DNA from: Clostridia bacterium
GTDB taxonomy: Bacteria; Bacillota; Clostridia; TANB77; RGIG9151
DNA: 15,112 nucleotides
Reading direction: 5' to 3'
Assembly: GCA_016287855.1 (NCBI GenBank)
Contig: JAEEXS010000031.1
Location: 1-15,112, forward strand
Position 1 is the stretch's first letter. Each line of letters begins with the position of its first letter. The notes below the pieces were generated by a model that saw only the letters and a list, made by a program, of their open reading frames with translations, did no database searches and had not been told where the DNA came from. The position numbers were made by a program, and so were the translations under genes. Positions 7,950-15,112 of this stretch are shown here, piece by piece.

Positions 7950-8375
7950 TTAGTCGCAGTATATTGTATAGTTATTGCCATTATTATTATCCCAATTATT
8001 ACAAGTATCTTTGAAACAAAGATTAAGTGCTGAGTTATAAGCTGTGATTGTTGTTGAAAAGCCTGTCTTAGTTTTTGACATTTTGATGTCATTTACATTT
8101 TCCCAAGAATCTCCCCAACCAATATGTGCATAAATCTCGTTAGCACCAGATTGAGAAAGCAAGCCGTTGTAAGTTACTTTGATTTTGTCACCAGAAGAAA
8201 AATTAGTAGGTGAAATTGTTATTCCGTTGTTTTTATATCTGTTAGCAGCAGAAGAACGTGTGGTATTTTTCTTTGATGAAGCAGCCTTTGAAACAGCTTT
8301 AGAAGCAGCTTTTGGAGCGGCTTTAGAAGCAGTTTTAGAAGCGGCTTTTGAAGTAGCTTTTTTTGCTATTGCCAT
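7950..8375 (-). CDS. Small protein with an N-terminal Lys/Ala-rich (xSKA)n repeat tail and a C-terminal CBM25-like carbohydrate (alpha-glucan)-binding domain; no signal peptide
   Basis: I trimmed the start to ATG 8375-8373, which has a strong SD AGGAAAGGAGTG 6 nt upstream on the minus strand. The tracked extension to 8441 has no SD. The N-terminus is MAIAKKATSKAASKTASKAAPKAASKAVSKAASSKK. The C-terminal ~95 aa (KIKVTYNGLL..IYAHIGWGDSWENV..MSKT..LCFKDTCNNWDNNNGNNYTI) match the pattern I recall for CBM25/CBM26-type starch-binding modules (F-x-D..WDNNxGxNY). Confidence 0.7.
   Translation of the reverse strand: MAIAKKATSKAASKTASKAAPKAASKAVSKAASSKKNTTRSSAANRYKNNGITISPTNFSSGDKIKVTYNGLLSQSGANEIYAHIGWGDSWENVNDIKMSKTKTGFSTTITAYNSALNLCFKDTCNNWDNNNGNNYTIYCD
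8278..8366 (-). repeat. In-frame 12-nt tandem repeat (~7 units) encoding the (A/T/V/P)-S/P-K-A tetrapeptide array
   Basis: On the + strand, the unit TT(T/A)G(A/G)AGC-NGC-T recurs at 8287, 8299, 8311, 8323, 8335 and 8347, and degenerately at 8359. The 12-nt period equals 4 codons of the minus-strand CDS. Confidence 0.8.
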
Positions 8376-8565
8376 GTCGAACACTCCTTTCCTGAATAGA
8401 TAAATACAATTTATTTTCTTTTTTTTATTTAGATTGTGCAATGGTTATTTTTGCCGTTTTTCTTTGATTTTATTCATTTTTGTCGAAAAAACTTTAATTT
8501 TCTTCAAATTGCTAAAAAATAGTATTAAAAATATGTTACAATTTTGTTTCTAGTATAGACTTTTT

Positions 8566-8599
8566 TATAAATGTGTTATAAAATCTAATATGGTATATT
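8566..8599 (+). promoter_or_regulatory. Candidate promoter region for the amidase-spoIIP-...-tgt operon (several -10-like boxes)
   Basis: TATAAA lies at 8566-8571. Extended -10 elements are TGtTATAAA (8574-8582) and TGgTATATT (8591-8599). The -35 matches are weak. All sit in the 250-bp divergent intergenic region upstream of ATG 8626. Confidence 0.3.
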
Positions 8600-8625
8600 A
8601 GAGAATTTTAGTGGAGGAAATACAT

Positions 8626-9576
8626 ATGAAAAAAATTTTGATTTTAATAATTACTTTTTTTACGTTAATAAGTACAAGCTCTTTTGCTGCTAATTATATT
8701 ACAGATATCAAAGTAACTGCGAAACCTCTTGCAACTAAAATAGAAATAAAAACTTCCTCAGAAATTGAATATACAGTTGGAAAATTACCTGCAAATAAAA
8801 AAATATATTTTGATTTTCAAGATACAATTATCAGAGAAAAGAAAAATATACCAGTTGATGATGATAGAATTACAACAGTAAGAGCTGCTCAAAATGCTAC
8901 GAATCCTAAATATATTAGTAGGGTTGTGTTAGATATGAAAAAAATGGAGGAATTTTCTTCAATTCTTTCTGAAGACAAAAAAACCCTTACGCTTATATTT
9001 GGTGCGGCATCTGCTTTTAATGAAGAATATACTGGACCTAAAAAAGTAATAGTGTTAGATGCTGGTCACGGTGGAAAAGATCCAGGTGCAGTTATTTCAG
9101 ATTTAACAGAAAAAACTTTAAATTTAGATATTTCAAAAAGAGTTCAAAAACTGCTTAAAAACGATCCAAGATTTGAGGTTTATATGACAAGAGAAAATGA
9201 TACTTTTGTTGAGCTAGTAGATAGAGCTAAGTTTGCAAACGAAAAGAAAGCAGATTTATTTGTTTGCATTCACCATAACTCTATGCCTAAGAATTACTCG
9301 GGGGCGATGTTATTGTATAATTCTACGAAAGACCCTAAAAATAAAGAAATTGCCGATAGTTTTCAAGAAATTATTCAAAAAGCAAGTGGCTTGCCTGGGA
9401 TAGGATCTCGCGTAAGAGAAAATTTAGTAGTGTTGAAAAATATTGAAATGCCAGGAGTTCTAGTTGAAGTAGCATGTATGAGTAATATAAAGGATAGAAG
9501 AGAAATACGAAAAGAAAGTTTTAAAAATAATATTGCTCAAGCAATATATGACTCTATAGTAAAAAATACTTTTTAG
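8626..9576 (+). CDS. N-acetylmuramoyl-L-alanine amidase (N-terminal AMIN-like domain plus Amidase_3 catalytic domain), secreted
   Basis: Start moved to ATG 8626, with SD GGAGGA at 8613-8618. The signal peptide is MKKILILIITFFTLISTSSFAANY. An AMIN-like beta domain is suggested by ITDIKVTAKPLATKIEIKTSSEIEYTVG..IYFDFQDT. Amidase_3 motifs are VIVLDAGHGGKDPGA, FVCIHHNS and LVEVACMSN. Confidence 0.85.
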   Translation: MKKILILIITFFTLISTSSFAANYITDIKVTAKPLATKIEIKTSSEIEYTVGKLPANKKIYFDFQDTIIREKKNIPVDDDRITTVRAAQNATNPKYISRVVLDMKKMEEFSSILSEDKKTLTLIFGAASAFNEEYTGPKKVIVLDAGHGGKDPGAVISDLTEKTLNLDISKRVQKLLKNDPRFEVYMTRENDTFVELVDRAKFANEKKADLFVCIHHNSMPKNYSGAMLLYNSTKDPKNKEIADSFQEIIQKASGLPGIGSRVRENLVVLKNIEMPGVLVEVACMSNIKDRREIRKESFKNNIAQAIYDSIVKNTF

Positions 9577-9608
9577 TATATAAAATTTTTCATAGCATAA
9601 TATTTTAT

Positions 9609-10658
9609 ATGAAAAATTTTATTAGAGTGTTTTTAATTTTTGTAATATTTTTTTTGATAATAAATTTAATGGGCTTTTTTATAATAAAAAATAATGAAAT
9701 AGGGATTGCTTTAATAGGTAAAGGAATCCCTATTGTGCGTGCAGTAAATGAAGAAATTGTTGGCATAAATTTAATTTCGTATGTAGATATAATAAAAGAC
9801 AAGTTTATGAGCGAAAGGGTTTTTATAGAACTGCCAGAGGACACAGTAGAATTAGAGCAAGAAAATGTTAAGGATAATGTAATTGAAGAAATTTATAATG
9901 AAGAAGAAAATATATCAAAGTTAAAAAGCGTTACATTAGATTGGAAAAATGAATTTAAAAATAATACAAAATATAATATAGATGTAGATGCATTAAAAAG
10001 AGAGAAATTATCTTTTGATTTGAAAAAAAGTGGAACAGAGATTATAATATATCATACACATACAACAGAAGCTTATACTAAAGGCGAAAAGGATAAGTTT
10101 AATTATAGTGGCGAGTATAGAACTTTAGATAAGAAATATAATGTTGTAAATGTTGGTGAAAGAATAAAGGATATTTTAATAAAAAAAGGGTATGGAGTAT
10201 ATCATGAGCAAGAAATATATGATTATCCATCATATAATTTATCTTATAGCAAAGCTGGCAAAGCAATAGAAGCTCTTGCTAAAAAGTATAATAAAGCAAA
10301 TGTTGTTTTAGATATTCATAGAGATGCCCTAGGGAGTGGTGACGAAGTTTATAGGCCAATTATAAATATTGATGGGAAAGATGTTGCTCAGATTTTATTA
10401 GTTGCTGGTAGTAATGAAGGTGGGCTTAATCATAGTAATTGGAGAGAAAACTTAAAATTTGCTTTAAAAATTCAACAAATTGCGAATGAAAAATATCCAG
10501 GGTTAATGAGATATGTAATTTTAAGAAAAGAACGTTTTAATCAACATGTTGCACCAGGTGCAATTATTGTAGAGATGGGTGCTACAGGTAATACTATGGA
10601 AGAGGTTTTAAGATCAGCAGATTTATTTGCGGAAATTTTGGTAGAGATTATTGAATAA
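9609..10658 (+). CDS. spoIIP: Stage II sporulation protein P (SpoIIP, engulfment peptidoglycan hydrolase)
   Basis: There is an N-terminal TM segment (VFLIFVIFFLIINLMGFFII). SpoIIP-family motifs are IIIYHTHTTEAY, LDIHRDA, FNQH and IIVEMGATGN. No clear SD lies upstream of ATG 9609. Confidence 0.85.
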   Translation: MKNFIRVFLIFVIFFLIINLMGFFIIKNNEIGIALIGKGIPIVRAVNEEIVGINLISYVDIIKDKFMSERVFIELPEDTVELEQENVKDNVIEEIYNEEENISKLKSVTLDWKNEFKNNTKYNIDVDALKREKLSFDLKKSGTEIIIYHTHTTEAYTKGEKDKFNYSGEYRTLDKKYNVVNVGERIKDILIKKGYGVYHEQEIYDYPSYNLSYSKAGKAIEALAKKYNKANVVLDIHRDALGSGDEVYRPIINIDGKDVAQILLVAGSNEGGLNHSNWRENLKFALKIQQIANEKYPGLMRYVILRKERFNQHVAPGAIIVEMGATGNTMEEVLRSADLFAEILVEIIE

Positions 10659-10670
10659 GGGGGGAGTTAA

Positions 10671-11423
10671 GTGGCAAGAAGATTTTTTATAGAAAAAGAT
10701 ATTAAAGTTGGAGAAGAAATTGAAATAACGGGAGAAGAAGCAAAGCATATTATGGTTTTACGTCACAATATAGGAGAAAAAATTTTAATTAATGATAAAA
10801 TTTGTGAAATAAAAAATATATCTAAACAAGGGATAGAAGTAGAAGCTATAGAAGAAGAAAAAAAGATAGGTATACCAAGTGTTAATATTACATTATTTCA
10901 AGCATTATTAAAATCGGACAAGCTAGAATTTGTAATTCAAAAAGCTGTAGAATTAGGTGTATGTAAAATAAAACCGTTTATTAGTAAAAATGTAATTGTT
11001 AAATTGAATGATAGTGATAAAATTAAAAAAATTGATAGATGGAACAAAATAAGTAAAGAAGCTTCAAAGCAATGTGGTAGAAGTGATATAGTTTTAGTTG
11101 AAAATATAATATCATTTAATGCTATGCTTGAAGAATTGCAAGGATATGATTTAGTATTAATTGCTTATGAAAATGAAGTACAAAGTTTAAAGGAAGTTAT
11201 ACAAAAAAATATTAATGCTAAAAACATTGCTATTATTATTGGAGCAGAAGGCGGATTTGAAAAAGATGAGGTTTTAGAAATATTAAAACAAGAAAATGCC
11301 AAGTCAGTAAGTTTAGGCTCTAGAATTTTAAGGGCAGAAACGGCAAGCCTTAATTTAATTTCGATATTGATGTATGAATTTGATGGGGGTACTAGCAATT
11401 TTGCTCATAATATGATAAAATAA
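10671..11423 (+). CDS. rsmE: 16S rRNA (uracil1498-N3)-methyltransferase RsmE
   Basis: GTG start at 10671 with SD AAGGGGGGAG. It has the typical RsmE N-terminus MARRFFIE..GEE..HI.VLR, LLKSDKLEFVIQKAVELGV, and the C-terminal SPOUT knot region IIIGAEGGF..E......SLG.RILRAETA. Confidence 0.9.
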   Translation: MARRFFIEKDIKVGEEIEITGEEAKHIMVLRHNIGEKILINDKICEIKNISKQGIEVEAIEEEKKIGIPSVNITLFQALLKSDKLEFVIQKAVELGVCKIKPFISKNVIVKLNDSDKIKKIDRWNKISKEASKQCGRSDIVLVENIISFNAMLEELQGYDLVLIAYENEVQSLKEVIQKNINAKNIAIIIGAEGGFEKDEVLEILKQENAKSVSLGSRILRAETASLNLISILMYEFDGGTSNFAHNMIK

Positions 11424-11441
11424 GCCGAAAGGTGTGATTTT

Positions 11442-12089
11442 GTGGAAGAGTTAAGAAGCTTTTTAATAGAAGGAAGTACAGTAAAAACTAAATTAGAAAA
11501 ATCAACAGAATGGATCCCTAATGTAGCATATAAAGTTAGTTATGAAAGAAAAGAGATAGAAATCGCATTAGATGATAGATATATATCAGATTTGGTTATG
11601 GCTGGAGACAAAATGAGAGTAACACAAACCGTTGATGGTTATGAATACATACTTGATTGTATAATTATTCAAATTTGTATTGAGCCGAGAAGATTAATTC
11701 AATTAAGAGTCGAAAACATTACTAAAACGCAGAATTTAAGAAAAGATGAAAGATATTCTGTTAATTATGCAACAACAATTCAAAGCTTTTCTGAAGAGGG
11801 CGGAGTATTTGGAGTTGTAGTAGATATAAGCGTATCAGGACTAGCATTTGTATGTAGAAATAGTTTTGTGCCTGGAGAGATGGTCAGACTTTCTATTATG
11901 CTACCATCAAGCACCTTTACAATCGATGCCGAGATTATGCGAGTAACTGACGGAGCTAAAGGGAATGAATATGGAGTTAGATTTTTAAGAACAGATGATG
12001 AAGCAATAAGAGATATAAAAAAGTTGATAGAAGATATTAAAGAAAGAGAGGATAGGCTTTCACATATTGTGGGGTTTAAGATGTTTTAA
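11442..12089 (+). CDS. PilZ domain-containing protein (putative c-di-GMP receptor, YcgR-like two-domain length)
   Basis: GTG start at 11442 with SD GAAAGGTG 7 nt upstream. The PilZ signature motifs are intact: RxxxR as RKDER (11739-11753) and DxSxxG as DISVSG (11823-11840), followed by GVRF. A ~95-aa N-terminal domain precedes them. Confidence 0.75.
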   Translation: MEELRSFLIEGSTVKTKLEKSTEWIPNVAYKVSYERKEIEIALDDRYISDLVMAGDKMRVTQTVDGYEYILDCIIIQICIEPRRLIQLRVENITKTQNLRKDERYSVNYATTIQSFSEEGGVFGVVVDISVSGLAFVCRNSFVPGEMVRLSIMLPSSTFTIDAEIMRVTDGAKGNEYGVRFLRTDDEAIRDIKKLIEDIKEREDRLSHIVGFKMF

Positions 12090-13126
12090 TGGAAAAGACG
12101 AAATTAAGTGATTATTTTTATGAATTACCAGAGGAACTTATTGCACAAGATCCTTTAAGTAAAAGAGATGAATCAAGGTTACTTGTTTTAAATAGGAAAA
12201 CTGGAGAGGTACAACATAAATTTTTTAAAAATATTATTGAATTTCTAAAACCAAATGATTGTCTAGTTATAAATAATACAAGAGTTATTCCTGCTAGACT
12301 TTTGGGTAAAAAAGAAAAGACAGAAGGAAAAATTGAAATTTTTTTGTTAAATAATTTAGGAAATGATATATGGGAAACTCTCGCTAAACCTGGTAAAAAA
12401 GCAATACCAGGTTCGCGTTTTGTTTTTGGGGATAAAGAGCAATTAATAGCAGAAGTTGTTGAAGTTAAAGAGGATGGCAATAGAATAGTTAAGTTTTTTT
12501 ATGAAGGAGTATTTCAATCTGTATTAGATGAAGTTGGTACAGTTCCATTACCACCATATATTCATAAAAAGTTAGAAGATGGAGAAAGGTATCAAACCGT
12601 TTATTCTAAAATAAAAGGTTCTTCTGCTGCACCTACTGCTGGGTTACATTTTACTAAAGAATTGCTTGGTGAAATAAAAGAAAAGGGAATATCTGTTGCA
12701 GAACTTACTTTGCATGTGGGCCTTGGGACATTTAGACCCGTAAAGGAAGAAAATATTTTAGATCACAAAATGCATTCTGAATGGTATAAAATCGATCAAG
12801 ATGCGTGTGATAAAATAAATAATGCACGAAAGAATGGTGGAAGAGTTATTGCGGTAGGAACTACTTCATGTAGGGTTTTAGAAAGCATAGCTGAAAAAGG
12901 GAAAGATATTTGCCCTAAAGAAGGAAATACAGATATTTTTATATATCCGGGTTATGAATTTAAAATATTAGATGGACTTATAACAAATTTCCATTTGCCA
13001 GAATCTACTTTAATTATGTTAGTCTCTGCTTTTGCCGGGTATGAAAATACTATGAATGCATATAAAATTGCAGTTAATGAAAAATATAGATTTTTTAGTT
13101 TTGGAGATGCAATGTTTATTAGTTAA
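12089..13126 (+). CDS. queA: S-adenosylmethionine:tRNA ribosyltransferase-isomerase QueA
   Basis: The N-terminus [23 protein letters not shown] is typical of QueA, as are [33 protein letters not shown] and [13 protein letters not shown] 12089 overlaps the PilZ stop codon (TAATG). Confidence 0.95.
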   Translation: MEKTKLSDYFYELPEELIAQDPLSKRDESRLLVLNRKTGEVQHKFFKNIIEFLKPNDCLVINNTRVIPARLLGKKEKTEGKIEIFLLNNLGNDIWETLAKPGKKAIPGSRFVFGDKEQLIAEVVEVKEDGNRIVKFFYEGVFQSVLDEVGTVPLPPYIHKKLEDGERYQTVYSKIKGSSAAPTAGLHFTKELLGEIKEKGISVAELTLHVGLGTFRPVKEENILDHKMHSEWYKIDQDACDKINNARKNGGRVIAVGTTSCRVLESIAEKGKDICPKEGNTDIFIYPGYEFKILDGLITNFHLPESTLIMLVSAFAGYENTMNAYKIAVNEKYRFFSFGDAMFIS

Positions 13127-13138
13127 TTTTATTATTGA

Positions 13139-14254
<1,116 letters not shown>

Positions 14255-14272
14255 TACTAAGGAGGATTTATT

Positions 14273-15112
14273 TTGAGAGTTTTAGCTTTTGTAGGTGCGA
14301 GTGGTACAGGTAAAAGTTATAGAGCACAATGGATAGCTCGTGAGAATAAATTGGAATGTATTATTGATGATGGGCTGCTTATAAATGGAAATAGAATATT
14401 GGCTGGAAAATCTGCTAAAAAAGAGTCTACTAAGATGGCTTCAGTTAAAAGGGCTATTTTTAGTGATGAAAAACATGTAGACGAAGTGAAAAAAGCTATT
14501 TTAAAAGCTAACCCAAGTGGGATTTTAATATTAGGAACTTCTGATGAAATGGTAAATAGAATTAGAGAAAGACTAGAATTGCCTGAATTAGAAAAAACTA
14601 TATATATAGAAGATGTCGCTTCTGAAAAAGAAATAGAGAAGGCAAAATATTTAAGACATCAATTAGGTAAACATGTCATACCAGTACCTACGATTGAGAT
14701 AAAAAACCAATTTTCAGGGTATTTCTTGAACCCACTAAAGATATTTTCTAGAAAGGAAAATACATCAGAAACAACTGCATTTGAAAAGACAATAGTTAGA
14801 CCAGCATTTAGCTATATGGGCGAATATACTATTGCTGATACTGTTATAAATTCTTTAGTATATAATATAGGAAGAGATATAGAAGGATTAAAGAAAATTT
14901 TAAAAGTGAAAAATAAAAACACAGATGATGGATTAATAATAGACGTTGAAATAATAGGAATTTATGGATATAAGGCTTCTGAGGTAATGGATAAATTGTC
15001 TGAAAAAGTTTTAAATGAAATTGATAGAATAACAGCACTTAATGTTAAAAAATTAAATATTATTATGAAGAGTATATATATGGAGAAAGAGTTAGAAAAA
15101 GTTGATAAATAA
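14273..15112 (+). CDS. Uncharacterised fusion protein: N-terminal P-loop NTPase/kinase-like domain plus C-terminal Asp23/Gls24 (DUF322)-like domain
   Basis: TTG start at 14273 with strong SD AAGGAGG 7 nt upstream. Walker A is GASGTGKS (14294-14317) and a Walker-B-like strand is GILILGTSDE. From ~14819, the C-terminal ~90 aa (GEYTIADTVINSLVYNIGRDIEGL..DDGLIIDVEIIGIYGYKASEVMDKLSEKVLNEIDRITALNVKKLNIIMKSI) follow the Asp23-family pattern seen in B. subtilis YqhY/YloU. The stop codon is the last triplet of the window. Confidence 0.7.
   Translation: MRVLAFVGASGTGKSYRAQWIARENKLECIIDDGLLINGNRILAGKSAKKESTKMASVKRAIFSDEKHVDEVKKAILKANPSGILILGTSDEMVNRIRERLELPELEKTIYIEDVASEKEIEKAKYLRHQLGKHVIPVPTIEIKNQFSGYFLNPLKIFSRKENTSETTAFEKTIVRPAFSYMGEYTIADTVINSLVYNIGRDIEGLKKILKVKNKNTDDGLIIDVEIIGIYGYKASEVMDKLSEKVLNEIDRITALNVKKLNIIMKSIYMEKELEKVDK

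Noticed and set aside
8278-8366. Short periodic repeat considered as a possible CRISPR or other non-coding array.
   Set aside because: The period is only 12 nt with no spacers, and it lies in frame inside a CDS, where it encodes a tetrapeptide repeat. No cas genes are present in the window.
8376-8441. 22-codon N-terminal extension of the minus-strand CBM25-like gene (MHNLNKKKKINCIYLFRKGVFD).
   Set aside because: There is no SD before that ATG, and the extension itself contains the strong SD AGGAAAGGAGTG that serves the internal ATG at 8375. It is most likely 5' UTR.
8611-8625. GTG 8611 as the start of the amidase gene.
   Set aside because: GTGGAGGA is itself the SD (GGAGGA 8613-8618) for ATG 8626, and the signal peptide begins at MKKIL.
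9570-9608. Sigma-E-like -10 (CATAGCAT at 9591-9598) upstream of spoIIP.
   Set aside because: It matches only 6 of 8 positions of CATACAHT, there is no acceptable -35 (KMATATT) at ~14-nt spacing, and it would leave an almost leaderless mRNA. This is too weak to call from sequence alone.

Overview
This is an AT-rich window (about 30% GC by eye, not computed), typical of a low-GC Firmicute of the class Clostridia. The spoIIP gene points to a spore-forming lineage. Coding density is high and almost all genes are on the + strand. I read five transcription units. (1) 1-1325: two coiled-coil proteins of unknown function, ending at a clear intrinsic terminator; the first ORF is open to the 5' window edge. 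(2) 1444-2712: a monocistronic secreted protein of unknown function with its own terminator. (3) 2742-7885: mtaB, prfA, a zinc-type ABC substrate-binding lipoprotein, an ABC ATPase with no permease, and a membrane-anchored NodB-family deacetylase with degenerate catalytic motifs, closed by a bidirectional terminator. (4) 7950-8375, the only minus-strand gene: a small protein with no signal peptide, joining a Lys/Ala-rich (xSKA)n tail to a CBM25-like glucan-binding domain. (5) 8626-15112: seven tightly packed genes, namely an AMIN/Amidase_3 cell-wall amidase, spoIIP, rsmE, a PilZ-domain protein, queA, tgt, and a P-loop NTPase fused to an Asp23-like domain. I found no tRNA or rRNA genes, CRISPR array, transposase, integrase or recognisable defence-system genes. 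The best novelty candidates are the K/A-repeat-CBM25 protein, the P-loop-Asp23 fusion, the PilZ gene translationally coupled to queA, the permease-less zinc ABC pair beside a degenerate deacetylase, and the unassignable coiled-coil pair at the 5' edge. All family assignments come from motif recognition by eye; no searches were run.
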